The notes under the pieces are model-generated. The model searched no databases. It was given only the letters and a program-made list of their open reading frames with translations, and had not been told where the DNA came from. A stretch of DNA of 43,688 nt from a virus (taxonomy: Duplodnaviria > Heunggongvirae > Uroviricota > Caudoviricetes). This document shows positions 9,261-19,787 of the stretch, piece by piece. The position numbers were made by a program, and so were the translations under genes. Within the stretch, counting starts at the first letter, position 1. Each line of letters starts with the position of its first letter. The stretch lies in IMG/VR virus record IMGVR_UViG_2526164631_000038. One strand, written 5' to 3'.

Positions 9261-9847
9261 TAGCCGCCCCCCAGTAATGACGCCACGTTACCCGTGATGC
9301 TTTTCAGCAGTGAAGTATCTGGAGGCTTGGTGGTTTTGTTGCCGCTGTTCTGTACCGCCGACGTGCTGGCCCCTTCCTTCATGTTGGTTTTATCCGCGAC
9401 GGAAATCTGCTGTGTCCGGGAGATAAGGACCTCCCTCAGGGTGAGGACGGCGGACAGGACGTTTTCGGTTGTCTTGTCCGTCGTCACTTCCAGCGCCCGG
9501 ATCAACATGTTGCTGTACAGTCGTTTACCGGTTACCACATCGAAGGGGATACGGCTTTCCTGCAGATCCAGTAGCTCCTGATACGTCTGCTGAGGACTCA
9601 GGCCGAGCAGGCTGGTAGCCGTCAGGTTACTGGCAAAATCCAGCAATGCGCCACCACCGGCGAAACCAACCTCCATCACCACTTCTGACGGTTTTTTATA
9701 GGCATGATCAGCGACAGCGGCCCCGACCTCTACCGGATGCTCTGTTATTTCAAGCATATCTGTATGCTTCTCTGAAATAACAACACAGGGAACAATCATT
9801 CCTATTTTTCTGCTCTGCTGATGAAAAAGTGTAGAGAGAATATCCAC
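9260..9847 (-). CDS. tail protein (DNA-circulation-like position)
   Basis: 195-aa ORF immediately downstream of the tape measure; first codon at 9847 is GTG, so the true start may be an internal ATG. Confidence 0.45.
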   Translation of the reverse strand: MDILSTLFHQQSRKIGMIVPCVVISEKHTDMLEITEHPVEVGAAVADHAYKKPSEVVMEVGFAGGGALLDFASNLTATSLLGLSPQQTYQELLDLQESRIPFDVVTGKRLYSNMLIRALEVTTDKTTENVLSAVLTLREVLISRTQQISVADKTNMKEGASTSAVQNSGNKTTKPPDTSLLKSITGNVASLLGGG

Positions 9848-11835
9848 TAACCCACCCTCACCTGATTACTTCGCATGACCTGAGCATTTGCAGACTGTTG
9901 CCGACGTGCAACCTCATTACCGACAGCGTGCGGATCTCCACCACCGTAAATGTGGTAGGTATTTTGCTGGTTAACCTCTGTCACTTTGCCACTAATTCCC
10001 GCCACGGCAGCCTTATTAATCAGCTCCCGAGAATAGATATTTCTTCCATTCTCATGCTGGATAATGCTGCTCATCAATGCTGACATGGTTTGCGGATCGC
10101 TCATATTCAGGGCAGCCCGGGGATCCACTCCCAGTCGTTGCGATACAGCCCTGATATACGCAGTTGTGTTGTTATTATCAGACGCAGGTGCCCAGGTAGA
10201 GATAATTTTCTCCACACTGTTTATTCCCCGTCCGGCGTACAGCATTAACTGACGAGCAAGAGCCCGTAATCCATCAAAAGCAGTTTCAAATCTGGCAAAT
10301 CGCCCGCCCGGGCGTTCAAGAGAAGCCCCTGCCTGACCAGCAAAATTAAGGTTTCCCGGATTGTTATTCCGTTCTCCTCGTTTCGTAGCCTGTGCATGTT
10401 GTTCCGGCTCATCATCACCAAACCAGCCGCGTACCGTCCGGCCCACACTGCGGGGATCGAATCCCCAGTGCTCTTTAATCCAGTCGGCAGTACTGTTAGC
10501 GCTGTCTGTAACCATCGGCATCGCTGACGGATTTTCGCTGCCCTGATTAAGTATCTGTTTGCCGATGCTGACGGCATCAGCCCAGCGGCCATCTTTGATA
10601 GCGTTGAGCAGGTCGGCGATCATGTTCAGCATTTTGCTGAATTCGCCCATCTGGTCGATGAAGTTGCTGAAATCCCACTTCAGGGACCATGATTTGGGGT
10701 CAATATTGAGCAGTTTCGCCAGCGCTTTCACCAGGTCGTTAACGGTCGTTTTAAGGTCACGAACCATCTTCAGCGCGGCATCGACCTCCGGTTTCCACTT
10801 GCCCCAGTCAATCAGGCTGTCGCCGCCTTCCTTCCAGGTCTGATAGTCCTCCCACAGGAGGGCAATACCCGCCGCCAGCGCGGTAATGAGGCCAATCGGC
10901 GACATCCAGAACGTACTGTTCAGAATGCGCAGCGCAATCGTCAGTGCGCCAAACAGCGAGATCAACTCCCGCGTTTGCTTATCCAGCGATTGCCACCAGG
11001 TGATAAGGCCTGATGTCCCCTCAATCAGTCTGAAGAACAGCCGCCCGATAATATCCCCGAGCGCCAGAATGCCTTTTATGGCTTTCGTCAGGGTCTGCTC
11101 GATACGAGGGAAGTTGTCCAGGATATGGCGGCGCAGGGTGTCCAGCGAACCCGCAAGCCCCCCCGCAAGATTAGAGCCGATTTTGTCACGGGCCATGCCT
11201 GCCATCGCGCCAAACTCACGCAGGGAGGTCATAAATTTGTTGGAGCTTCTGGCCGCCTCGTCAGCATTGAAGCCGATAGCTTTCGCCATTGCGCTGTACT
11301 GCCCGGAGAAGCCACCCACACCCCGGCGCATCGCCATAAGGGTATTTTCGTCAATGCCCAGCATCTGCGCATACTGGTTAGCCCGGTAATACGGCATGCT
11401 GCTGAGTTTCTGTCCAACGCCCGTAAAAATAGCGGCCATGTCACGCATGTTACCGCTGGCATCACGGGTCTGTACGCCCAGGCGATTCAGAAAGCCTTCT
11501 GCACCGGGATTGTTACGAATAAACCGGGATAGGCTTTCCAGAGAAGATCGCGCAGCGTCCACGCTGCCGCCAACCTGCGAAACCGCATAGCCAATAGACT
11601 GAATTCCCTGGACTGTCGCGCCGGTGCGCTGTGACGCCCAGTAAAGATTATCCAGGCCGGAGGCGATCTTAGCCGTGAAGGCCACCACGGACAACGCAGC
11701 TCCTTCAACAGCCAGCCCCATTTTGATGACATTTGCAGTTGTACCGGCGAGGACAGAACCGAACTTTTTCGCTCCTGCATCATCCACACTGAAGCCAAGC
11801 GAGACGAGGAAATCTTTAATAGTTTCAGCGTTCAT
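9847..11835 (-). CDS. tail tape measure protein
   Basis: 663 aa from MNAETIKDF (GAGAGAGGATA Shine-Dalgarno); Ala/Gly-rich helical body with hydrophobic segments; downstream of the tail chaperone. C-terminal segment contains NNPGNL. Confidence 0.8.
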   Translation of the reverse strand: MNAETIKDFLVSLGFSVDDAGAKKFGSVLAGTTANVIKMGLAVEGAALSVVAFTAKIASGLDNLYWASQRTGATVQGIQSIGYAVSQVGGSVDAARSSLESLSRFIRNNPGAEGFLNRLGVQTRDASGNMRDMAAIFTGVGQKLSSMPYYRANQYAQMLGIDENTLMAMRRGVGGFSGQYSAMAKAIGFNADEAARSSNKFMTSLREFGAMAGMARDKIGSNLAGGLAGSLDTLRRHILDNFPRIEQTLTKAIKGILALGDIIGRLFFRLIEGTSGLITWWQSLDKQTRELISLFGALTIALRILNSTFWMSPIGLITALAAGIALLWEDYQTWKEGGDSLIDWGKWKPEVDAALKMVRDLKTTVNDLVKALAKLLNIDPKSWSLKWDFSNFIDQMGEFSKMLNMIADLLNAIKDGRWADAVSIGKQILNQGSENPSAMPMVTDSANSTADWIKEHWGFDPRSVGRTVRGWFGDDEPEQHAQATKRGERNNNPGNLNFAGQAGASLERPGGRFARFETAFDGLRALARQLMLYAGRGINSVEKIISTWAPASDNNNTTAYIRAVSQRLGVDPRAALNMSDPQTMSALMSSIIQHENGRNIYSRELINKAAVAGISGKVTEVNQQNTYHIYGGGDPHAVGNEVARRQQSANAQVMRSNQVRVG

Positions 11836-12465
11836 TATCCTCTCTCCATTTCTCAATGCGTCGCTGGTTATCCGCTTTTACCGCCAGATGGTCATTCAAG
11901 AGAGCAATGTCATACAAATCGACAGAGCCATCTTTAAGTGCTGTATAAGGAATTAACCCGGCGTCAACCGGATTGAGAAGGTAGGACAGCCCGTCCGGCA
12001 GGCTGTTAAACGTCAGCCCTGTTGCAGGCTCTGCGTCGTGCTGGTAAGGGGTGTAGGCAAAAAATTTCCCAGCGAATCGGCGACCACCCGCGCCACCAGC
12101 TGCAGCATGACCAGCAAGTCAATATCATCAAACATCAGTTCGCCCTGGGTAAATACCGGCACCCATCCGTCCATATGACGCCGCGATACCACCGCAAGAC
12201 AGGGATGAATAATCGCATCGGTGTCATCTTCGGTCAGGGAAGACAGTTCCTCAGCGATACGCGGGAGCATGGTTTCAAACACCGGTTTTAACTGTTCGAA
12301 TTTCACGGTGTCGATTTTGCCGTCAGCAGGCAAACGGGAGCGAATACTCCCGAAATCTGACATCATTCCTGCCAGCACCGGCAGAAGTTTGCGGGTCACT
12401 TTCAGCTGGTCAAAAACGCTGAGTTTTGCCGTGCGATATTTCACGCCTTTAATTTCGAATTCCAT
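11825..12465 (-). CDS. tail assembly chaperone, predicted -1 frameshift fusion product (G-T-like)
   Basis: Slippery run GGGAAATTTTTTG near the chaperone 3' end (plus strand AAAAAATTTCCC at 12059..12070). The -1 frame stays open for about 70 codons and ends at a TGA overlapping the tape measure ATG. Confidence 0.5.
12013..12465 (-). CDS. tail assembly chaperone (lambda G-like short product)
   Basis: 150-aa acidic ORF between the tube and tape measure genes. Confidence 0.65.
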   Translation of the reverse strand: MEFEIKGVKYRTAKLSVFDQLKVTRKLLPVLAGMMSDFGSIRSRLPADGKIDTVKFEQLKPVFETMLPRIAEELSSLTEDDTDAIIHPCLAVVSRRHMDGWVPVFTQGELMFDDIDLLVMLQLVARVVADSLGNFLPTPLTSTTQSLQQG

Positions 12466-12468
12466 GCA

Positions 12469-12909
12469 TTAAAACTCCCCGAGAACCTGGTCAATCTTGC
12501 CGCAGTCAAACACCCACGGCATCGTATTACCGGTTTTAGCGTTGGCGTTATCCGGTTGTTTCTGGAACGCAACACTGCGTGCCGTGATGATGTCGCCGCT
12601 GACCTTGTTGCGGATCACGATAACGTTATTCCCCCATGTGGCAGAAGACTGGCTCTGTGCGTTATACGCCAGCGACAATTTTTTATTTGTCGGTGATGTC
12701 TTCAGAAGGTTAACGGTAATCGTCCCGCTTTTATCTGCATGGAGACTGTGCATCACTTCGCCATCAGCACCGATGGTCATGGTGTTTTTAGGACCGCCCA
12801 TCGCAACCACAATCCCCTCTTCAGAACTTGCCGAACCGTACCCGAGGTCAATCGAACCTGTCGGCCCGGTCAGCGTCGCAGTGACATCCATAAAAGAATA
12901 GGTAGACAT
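12469..12909 (-). CDS. tail tube protein
   Basis: 146-aa ORF directly downstream of the sheath gene; size and position of Mu-like tube proteins. Confidence 0.65.
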   Translation of the reverse strand: MSTYSFMDVTATLTGPTGSIDLGYGSASSEEGIVVAMGGPKNTMTIGADGEVMHSLHADKSGTITVNLLKTSPTNKKLSLAYNAQSQSSATWGNNVIVIRNKVSGDIITARSVAFQKQPDNANAKTGNTMPWVFDCGKIDQVLGEF

Positions 12910-12919
12910 TCACTTCCCC

Positions 12920-14065
12920 TTAGCGAACAACGTTAATCTGTACGTCAGCGTAATGAACCGCGCCTGCAAGTTTTATTGCAGCCTGAATCACCGGAGCCTT
13001 ACGGGCTTCACGTTCTGATTGAGCCTGTTCATCCAGCGGCTGAGCGTATACGTAATAACCTTTGGGCAGTGTGTCACCTGATGACAACTGACCAAGGTCG
13101 CCCCCGTTCCATACGCCCGGAGCAATCAGTCCATTCTGAACGGCCTGATCCAGTGATTTTTCAACATTTGATAACAGTCGGGTAATACCGGCTTCAGTCT
13201 GGGGAACTTTCGTGGTGCTGGTATAAAGCAGGTTATAGAGGTTGGTCTGCACATAATTCTGTAACCAGTCCAGGCCGTGGCGTTCATCAAAGAAATCGCC
13301 GTTAGCCATCACTCCCTGCTGGAGGATAGCCGTATCATTCTGGTAGTACACGAATACATTGCAGTTTTTTGCATCAAGTGCCGATGCCTGGCTGACTGTC
13401 AGTGTTTCATACCCGATACCCGGCTCCTGCTTAAACTTGAGCGTAATCGCGGTATTACTGCCATTGAAATTAACCGTGAATGCCCGGCCAAATGCAGATA
13501 ACGCAGCGTATTTATTACCCGATGAATACTGAATAAAACTGCGTGAATATCCGGCGGTTTTCAGTTTTGATGCCAAATCATCGCTGGATGCAGTCTGCAG
13601 GCATTTCTCATCGCTTGTCGTAATCGCCAGAATACGGCTTACAGAAGAGGATTCGATCGCCGCAGCCACTTTCAGCCAGTCTGCATCCTGAATATCTTCA
13701 TCGTCTGCAATCCCCAGCCCATACCATGAAGTATAATCAAGCATGGCATTCACAGCCTGCTCCAGCGTCTCAGGCGTGGCCTGTTCGCTGTCTCCCTTCG
13801 TTTTCACCCAACGACCAACAAAAACCTCCTGAGGTTTCGGTGATTGAGAGAAAAACACCTGCGCAGCCTTATATTCTGGTGATTCCACGCCAAAATCTTT
13901 TCCAATATCTTCCGCGGCAGAATAACGGCGAATGCGCTCACTTACCGGAATGATTGTGGACGGGCCGAGAATGAGTAATGCACCAAAATTTCGCCCTGAT
14001 GCTGCACGCGGCGACATGATCACATCAACATTAACAACGTTTGATACAGGCAAGCCCTGTGCCAT
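12920..14065 (-). CDS. tail sheath protein
   Basis: 381-aa ORF preceding the tube gene, in contractile-tail gene order. Confidence 0.65.
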   Translation of the reverse strand: MAQGLPVSNVVNVDVIMSPRAASGRNFGALLILGPSTIIPVSERIRRYSAAEDIGKDFGVESPEYKAAQVFFSQSPKPQEVFVGRWVKTKGDSEQATPETLEQAVNAMLDYTSWYGLGIADDEDIQDADWLKVAAAIESSSVSRILAITTSDEKCLQTASSDDLASKLKTAGYSRSFIQYSSGNKYAALSAFGRAFTVNFNGSNTAITLKFKQEPGIGYETLTVSQASALDAKNCNVFVYYQNDTAILQQGVMANGDFFDERHGLDWLQNYVQTNLYNLLYTSTTKVPQTEAGITRLLSNVEKSLDQAVQNGLIAPGVWNGGDLGQLSSGDTLPKGYYVYAQPLDEQAQSEREARKAPVIQAAIKLAGAVHYADVQINVVR

Positions 14066-14068
14066 AGC

Positions 14069-14635
14069 TTAATCTCCGAAAAAGATGACTGGTGCATCCA
14101 CCAGCGATTTAATACCGTACTCGCGCACAACCTTCCGGCGCAGGCGCACCGTCATATCGTAGCGGCGGACCCATTGCTGATTAATAAGTTCAGGGAAGGG
14201 AGTCAGACCTGTGTAATCGCCAAGAGACAGCCCCAGCGCATTCAGTGCTGCATTGTTCTGCGGCACAGATATACCGTCACGAAACCGGGACGCATACACC
14301 ATCCCCGCCGGTCCATAAAACGAAGCCATACACTCAATCGTTTCATGCCGCCAGAGCTGAGAGCCATCATCGGTCTGTCTGGTGAATGCCGGACTGTCAT
14401 CACCTGACCATCCGATAACCCCAAACGCACACCAGTTCGTTTCAACCGGTAGCAGTGGCGGCTGCTCTTTCTGCCAGCGCGGGCGAACCATCCCGGCAGA
14501 CAGACCGGAAACGTTACGTATCCACTGGCTTAACAGCCTGTCGAGCGCTTCGTCATAATCCGGATCGCCACTGGTTGGTATTAACCATCCGCGCTCTGTA
14601 CTGGTGTTATTGCTCAACCGGAGTTCCCCCATCAA
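14069..14635 (-). CDS. virion neck/tail completion protein
   Basis: 188-aa ORF in the head-tail joining block. Confidence 0.45.
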   Translation of the reverse strand: MMGELRLSNNTSTERGWLIPTSGDPDYDEALDRLLSQWIRNVSGLSAGMVRPRWQKEQPPLLPVETNWCAFGVIGWSGDDSPAFTRQTDDGSQLWRHETIECMASFYGPAGMVYASRFRDGISVPQNNAALNALGLSLGDYTGLTPFPELINQQWVRRYDMTVRLRRKVVREYGIKSLVDAPVIFFGD

Positions 14636-14996
14636 ACGGCATCAACTCACAATGCGCCTGAACGAATCCGGCCCCATAAGCTGTATACGGGTCGACGAAG
14701 GTCACACGGTAATCACGGCCCTGATACGTCACGATATCGGCATCACGGCCAGTCTGTCCCTGCGTCAGTCGCTCAGTCGTCACAATCAGAATTGCACCAC
14801 TGATTACCTGCCCGGCCTGCATACGACGGTTTTCCAGAGAGCGATCAACAGTAACGACTCCGGCAAACTGCTTTTTAACTTCGCTGTCGCTGCCGATTCC
14901 GTCCTCATCCACCGTTTGCACACGGCGTGTTACCCACAAATTGAAGTCGCAAAAATCGGGGTCAAAAAGCACATCTGTTACATCAAGAGTCGGCAT
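14607..14996 (-). CDS. virion neck protein
   Basis: 129-aa ORF in the head-tail joining block. Confidence 0.45.
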   Translation of the reverse strand: MPTLDVTDVLFDPDFCDFNLWVTRRVQTVDEDGIGSDSEVKKQFAGVVTVDRSLENRRMQAGQVISGAILIVTTERLTQGQTGRDADIVTYQGRDYRVTFVDPYTAYGAGFVQAHCELMPFDGGTPVEQ

Positions 14997-15537
14997 CTTT
15001 ATCCCTCACTACATGGGTAATAGCTCTGCGATATTGCCCGGTGTCAATTAATGGTTTCGCCAGATCGGTTCCGGGAGATTCGCCAGCAACACGCCGGGCA
15101 AGTTCCAGTGTTGCCCCCTTGCGCCCCCGACGAGCCCGGGCTTCAACAGTACTGTCAGCAAGCGGCGTAAAGCCGGTAATGGTCATGTAACGCCTGACGC
15201 CATTAACGGCCAGCGTTCCGGCACGGTTGAGTGCACTTTCTGCTCCCGCAGCATTACCATCAAGTGCAGCCTGCGCCGCGGCTTTAAGCTGCGGCACCGT
15301 CTGCTCTTCTGCCGATTTAACGCCGGGGACCAGGTGAGGTCGTGGCGGGATGTTCTGCTCTGGTGAGCCGTATTCGTTGAGGTAACCGATGCCCGCATTA
15401 CCAAACGGAACATCATCCCGTTCGCTGTCTTCCGAAGGGATGCCGACCAGCACATCTTTTTTGGTTAACGACCTGAGCGCATCCAGAATGGCCTTAGCGT
15501 TATCCACCCTCGTTGTTACACCGCTTTTGAAACTCAT
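14983..15537 (-). CDS. head-tail joining protein
   Basis: 184-aa ORF in the head-tail joining block. Confidence 0.45.
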   Translation of the reverse strand: MSFKSGVTTRVDNAKAILDALRSLTKKDVLVGIPSEDSERDDVPFGNAGIGYLNEYGSPEQNIPPRPHLVPGVKSAEEQTVPQLKAAAQAALDGNAAGAESALNRAGTLAVNGVRRYMTITGFTPLADSTVEARARRGRKGATLELARRVAGESPGTDLAKPLIDTGQYRRAITHVVRDKDADS

Positions 15538-15941
15538 AGCTGGCGACCGCCTGCACCGAACATCGTGATCAACTGATAAAATTCAGCGCCATATCGGGTG
15601 TTATTCCAGAAACCTGCATCAGGATTCAGCGTCGCGCTGGTGTCATAGCTGACGCTTACCTTATCCACGGACTTTGAGGACTGAACACCATTGGTTGAAC
15701 CGCCCGGACCACCAGCCAGCATCGCTCTGCTGTCAGCCGCCCAGAGCGTCATGTAGTGAGCAACGAACAACCCGGCAAAGTACGGAAACAACTTTTTGCC
15801 GGTGACATTTTCGCTCAGCAGTTCATCGGCCAGATTCAGACGGAACCCGATTTGGGCGTCGGGATATTTTGCCGGGTCAGCAAACTGCGGGAAGTCGCGG
15901 CGAAAATCACTTACCGCTGGCAGACTTTGATTCTTTGACAT
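15534..15941 (-). CDS. head-tail connector protein
   Basis: 135 aa from [10 protein letters not shown] (ATG at 15941); the longer ORF to 16040 overlaps the upstream gene. Confidence 0.5.
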   Translation of the reverse strand: MSKNQSLPAVSDFRRDFPQFADPAKYPDAQIGFRLNLADELLSENVTGKKLFPYFAGLFVAHYMTLWAADSRAMLAGGPGGSTNGVQSSKSVDKVSVSYDTSATLNPDAGFWNNTRYGAEFYQLITMFGAGGRQL

Positions 15942-16275
15942 CTTTAGCCCCATTACCGCCAGTCCGGGCGGCAGTAATCTGCGCCTGCAGGCTGTCGTTC
16001 TGCTCCTGCAGTTTGAGCAATGCATCTTTAAGATCGGCAATCAGCTTATCTTTGTCGGCAATCTGCGCTTGCAGGCCGTCGATAATGGGTTGCAGATCAT
16101 CGGTGTCGCTAATCACGCTTTCGGAAAGCTCAGAGTGCGCCTGGGTGAACCAGTGCGACGCGACCTCTTCCGGTACGTTATGCCGTCCCCGGCCAAACTC
16201 CTGTTTTGACTGATCGCCGAGCGTCAGCGTAAACGGGGTGTGAACATGGATGGTAACCAGCTTTTCTTTCGCCAT
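15907..16275 (-). CDS. coiled-coil head protein
   Basis: 122 aa from [11 protein letters not shown] (AAGGAAACTGAA Shine-Dalgarno); heptad-like [33 protein letters not shown]; the 199-aa ORF-track version is an unsupported extension. Confidence 0.5.
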   Translation of the reverse strand: MAKEKLVTIHVHTPFTLTLGDQSKQEFGRGRHNVPEEVASHWFTQAHSELSESVISDTDDLQPIIDGLQAQIADKDKLIADLKDALLKLQEQNDSLQAQITAARTGGNGAKDVKESKSASGK

Positions 16276-16315
16276 TTCAGTTTCCTTCAGGCCCCTTTCG
16301 GGGCCATTCTGGTTA

Positions 16316-17257
16316 TCAGATACCGTCCACATAGGACAGAGTTTCTTTATACACTGGCTCGACTGCACCCAGCTTGCCGTAGTAAGTGACGATCTGATAC
16401 AGGCCGCGATACTGCACCGGCACGCTCTGAAGCGGAACCAGCGGGTAGCGGACGTATTTTTTATCGTTGGTGTACGCAACCATGCGATCCTTATTCCCCA
16501 CACCACGGCCTTTCAGCCATTTAACCGCGCGGATATTCAGCGGAACACCGTTCTGGTGATAGCTGATGGTGTTGGTCTGAAGGTACGTCAACAGGGACTG
16601 GTTACCCGCAGATGAAACGATGATGCTGGACAACAGAGCAAACTGTTCAGGCGGGATCAGCAAATCACGCGGGACCACAGAGTAACCAGAAGCGGCCCAC
16701 GCATCAGACAGCACCTGGTTAATGCTTGCGCGGATTTCGTCCGGTGTTGAGGTTGCCCACGTTTTGGCAGCGTTGTTGACAGGCACGCCGTCCAGGGTAA
16801 CAAGGCCTTTCAGGTTTAATGCGGAATCGCCAACATATACCTGTTCATCGTTATCCATCTGCCATTTCAGTTGCATCCCGTCATACTTCTGCGTATCAAT
16901 CGGGCGGCCGACCTGCTGAGCAGCCTGCAATTCTATGACCGTCCAGCCAAGTTCCATCCCCCACAGGTTCAGCGGGTTACCGGATTTGCCGGTATCCACG
17001 TTCACGCCAGCAATAGCGGTTGAGTCTTTGCCTACCCAGTTTTTGCCATTCGGATTTGCACCAGTACCCGCAGCGGCGAAGCTGGTATTCGTCCAGCTGG
17101 AAATGTCATCTGCGATAGAGACATCTTCACGCAACTGAATATCGCGGGTCCAGGTGTACCCCACCAGTGGCAGGTTCAGCGTCTGGTCGAGTCGCTCCAG
17201 CTCCCCGATGAGAAAGGCACCAGAGCTGTCAACGGTTGCCTGATCAAAAGTAATCAT
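16316..17257 (-). CDS. major capsid protein
   Basis: 313-aa ORF after the scaffold/decoration genes and before the connector genes. Confidence 0.6.
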   Translation of the reverse strand: MITFDQATVDSSGAFLIGELERLDQTLNLPLVGYTWTRDIQLREDVSIADDISSWTNTSFAAAGTGANPNGKNWVGKDSTAIAGVNVDTGKSGNPLNLWGMELGWTVIELQAAQQVGRPIDTQKYDGMQLKWQMDNDEQVYVGDSALNLKGLVTLDGVPVNNAAKTWATSTPDEIRASINQVLSDAWAASGYSVVPRDLLIPPEQFALLSSIIVSSAGNQSLLTYLQTNTISYHQNGVPLNIRAVKWLKGRGVGNKDRMVAYTNDKKYVRYPLVPLQSVPVQYRGLYQIVTYYGKLGAVEPVYKETLSYVDGI

Positions 17258-17268
17258 TCGTCTGTTCC

Positions 17269-17775
17269 TTAAATCTTCCAGGAAATTTCTGCATTGCCGT
17301 TAGCATCACCGGCACCTGTGAATTCAGCGTTGGTCAGCACCACATTTTTGCCACTGACTGACGTGGACATGAATCCACCCAGCGGCACTTTGATGGATTC
17401 ATCAGTGGAGACGACAACGTATACCGGGTCGCCTTTTTTGATAGTGCTGGCATCAAAATCAGAACCGAGATTAACGGTCACGTAGCCACGCTTCATGGCG
17501 TCGCCCGGGAAGTTCTTGCCTGTTCCCACCTGGCGAACCATGTCCGGCTGCGACGTGGTCGGATAAGGGCGCACGTAGATCCCCTTCACCTTGTCTGCGG
17601 TATCACCATCTGCCAGCGGCACGAAAAAACCGTCATCATCGTATTTACCAGCCAGCCCATAGGCAGCGAAGGCGTTATCGGATTTAAGGACCACCGGTTC
17701 GACGGTTAAGTCCTGCGGGCGAGAGACAGCCCCGGCAATACCAACAGGCATCCGGTACAGAAATACATTATTCAT
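17269..17775 (-). CDS. head decoration/structural protein
   Basis: 168-aa ORF immediately upstream of the major capsid gene. Confidence 0.45.
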   Translation of the reverse strand: MNNVFLYRMPVGIAGAVSRPQDLTVEPVVLKSDNAFAAYGLAGKYDDDGFFVPLADGDTADKVKGIYVRPYPTTSQPDMVRQVGTGKNFPGDAMKRGYVTVNLGSDFDASTIKKGDPVYVVVSTDESIKVPLGGFMSTSVSGKNVVLTNAEFTGAGDANGNAEISWKI

Positions 17776-17778
17776 TTT

Positions 17779-18999
17779 TTACCCTTTACGGTTTGCCCAG
17801 AATTCAGCGTTTTGTTTGTTCAGGGAAGCGATACTGGTCATGCCCATGTTTAGGCGCTGTGCATCGCCGGTGGTGGCGCGGGTGTTTCGCCCTTTGGCAA
17901 TCTCAGACACGGCATTAAACGCCATGTCGACCGATTGTTTCGGCAATTTGCGGATATCCGCATCACCGACTATCTGGCGAACCAGCGTTTTGTCAGCGGA
18001 AGCCAGAACCTCGCGTTTGAACGCGGTCGGTTTCATCTTACGGCTCAGATCGATACCCGGAACAATAACTTCGGCACGCCAGGCTGAGTCACCAGTAATC
18101 GTGGTTTCCTCTTCATCGTCCTCGCCGTCACCGGTCGGATTATCGTCAGGCTTATTATCGTTATCGCCCGTGGCATTTCCTTCCAGCTTAGCCAGCAGGG
18201 CTTTCAGTAATGTTTTGAGGTCATCATCACTGTCGCCGGTTGGGCCTCCCCCCATCTCTGGTGCTTTGTCCGGTAGTGGTTGCTGCGGGGACAGGTTGAT
18301 ATTGAGATTAACGCCCTGCGGCAAATCCCCCTCATCTCCTGTAACCGATGCGGGAGCCGACTCCACCAGTTCGTTCATGGTGTCGGCATCTCCTGTCTTG
18401 ATGGCCGCACGCATGCGGTTCCACCAGTTTTTCTTTTGATTTGCCATTGTGTCTCTGTCTCCAATTGCACAACGATTTCCGGCTCTGCCTTTAGGGACAA
18501 GAGCCACATGGTTTCCGGTAATATCGACCTGCTCAGCTTTACCTGGCTCGGTCTGCTCGTACTCCGCGTCATAGCCGCACGACACTTCGCGCAGGCCATC
18601 TTCGATAAGCTGAATGGCGTTTTCGTCTTTGACGATAAGGTCAGCCAGCATCAAATCAGACTGCTCACCCGTCCCGCGCCGGACATTCTGGAGGTGCCCG
18701 ACAGCAAGCTCTTTCCAGTTCTCGGGATTTACCAGCCGCACATTCCCGTTTTCATCTTCAGGATGCAGAATCGTGATGCTCATCCCTTCGAATGAGGCAA
18801 GCGTGGCCGGATGGAATACCTGCTCAGGAGAACGCGTGACGACTATTTCACCGAACTTATCGGGTTTCAGTTTTGGCAGGTCATCAGCACCATAGAGCTG
18901 CTTACCTGTTCGTCCTATCGGCACGTCTCTGCACAGCAACGAGCCGTCAGCCAGCTGATAGCGGGTTTCCCCCAGCCGGGTATTGAAAAAATATTTCAT
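17779..18999 (-). CDS. prohead protease/scaffold-like protein
   Basis: 406 aa; globular N-terminal domain plus highly acidic Asp/Gly/Thr-rich low-complexity segment (TGDNDNKPDDNPTGDGEDDEEETT) typical of scaffolds; between head morphogenesis and capsid genes. Confidence 0.5.
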   Translation of the reverse strand: MKYFFNTRLGETRYQLADGSLLCRDVPIGRTGKQLYGADDLPKLKPDKFGEIVVTRSPEQVFHPATLASFEGMSITILHPEDENGNVRLVNPENWKELAVGHLQNVRRGTGEQSDLMLADLIVKDENAIQLIEDGLREVSCGYDAEYEQTEPGKAEQVDITGNHVALVPKGRAGNRCAIGDRDTMANQKKNWWNRMRAAIKTGDADTMNELVESAPASVTGDEGDLPQGVNLNINLSPQQPLPDKAPEMGGGPTGDSDDDLKTLLKALLAKLEGNATGDNDNKPDDNPTGDGEDDEEETTITGDSAWRAEVIVPGIDLSRKMKPTAFKREVLASADKTLVRQIVGDADIRKLPKQSVDMAFNAVSEIAKGRNTRATTGDAQRLNMGMTSIASLNKQNAEFWANRKG

Positions 19000-19013
19000 G
19001 TGTTACCTGCGAT

Positions 19014-19787
19014 TCAGGCGGGATAAGATTGGGAGGTGGGAAAAACGATTTCTTTATAACAGCGACAATTCGGGAGCTCGCCAGCGTGACCTGTCATGCC
19101 GTCAAGCGTTGGAGGTTTGCCCCATTCGACAAATTTACCTTCCATTTCCCGATGAGAATGCCTGACGTCACCATCTTCGGCTGTACGCCAGATATAACTA
19201 TTCGAACCAATTGACAGCGCACGCGCCTGATCCAGCGCGCCGGTTGCACGTCCAAGTTCAGTACGGGCAATCAGGTCAGCTCTGGACTTTGCTATATCAC
19301 CCGATGCGGCTATTTCTTTAGCAAAATATTCTGCTCTCCCACCGGTCACAACAGCTTCTGTCGCCCGATTCTGGATGTCGTACACCCTGTCAGCCGCCTC
19401 GAGGGGGAGCGATTTGATGTACTTGACCTGTTCGGCGATGATGGATTGCATCACCTGGCCCACAGGAGCGCTTTCCACAAGATTGCGGAGCTCGCGACTG
19501 ATGTTCTTGCTGTGTTGCCGCCAAACTTTCTCGTTCTGCCGGGTTAGGTCCGCAGTAAAGTTTTCCGCGACCTTTGTCGCCCAGGGGGTGATGATTTCAC
19601 TGTAGCGTTCCAGCGCCTCAATAATTTCCGTGATACTGTCATTTGAACCATCGTAGCGACCATTTACGATGTCTCCGACCGCCCGCGCTATCCTGCGTAG
19701 GCTGGTTCGATAGCGGATTTCCGCCTGACGGTTCCTGCGGTTCGTCATCAGATTCGCCGATGCCGGGCGGCGCTTCATCTTCGGCAT
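19014..19787 (-). CDS. head morphogenesis protein (Mu F / SPP1 gp7 family)
   Basis: C-terminal HSHREMEGKF...GELPNCRCYKEIVFP motif typical of this family. N-terminal 150 nt overlaps the portal gene, so the true start may be internal. Confidence 0.75.
   Translation of the reverse strand: MPKMKRRPASANLMTNRRNRQAEIRYRTSLRRIARAVGDIVNGRYDGSNDSITEIIEALERYSEIITPWATKVAENFTADLTRQNEKVWRQHSKNISRELRNLVESAPVGQVMQSIIAEQVKYIKSLPLEAADRVYDIQNRATEAVVTGGRAEYFAKEIAASGDIAKSRADLIARTELGRATGALDQARALSIGSNSYIWRTAEDGDVRHSHREMEGKFVEWGKPPTLDGMTGHAGELPNCRCYKEIVFPTSQSYPA

Noticed and set aside
9898-11590. Plus-strand ORFs of 60..167 aa (for example 10886..11389 and 11125..11532) antisense to the tape measure gene
   Set aside because: They lie entirely within a long, well-supported minus-strand gene, lack ribosome-binding sites and have Arg/Ser/Pro-rich composition typical of antisense frames of GC-rich coding DNA.
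15907-16506. 199-aa version of the ORF extending to 16506
   Set aside because: The N-terminal 77 codons overlap the major capsid gene 3' end and have no Shine-Dalgarno; the ATG at 16275 with AAGGAAACTGAA is the supported start.
17816-18439. 207-aa Ser-rich plus-strand ORF
   Set aside because: Antisense to the acidic low-complexity region of the scaffold-like gene; the Ser/Pro-rich product is a translation artefact of the Asp/Glu/Gly-rich codons opposite.
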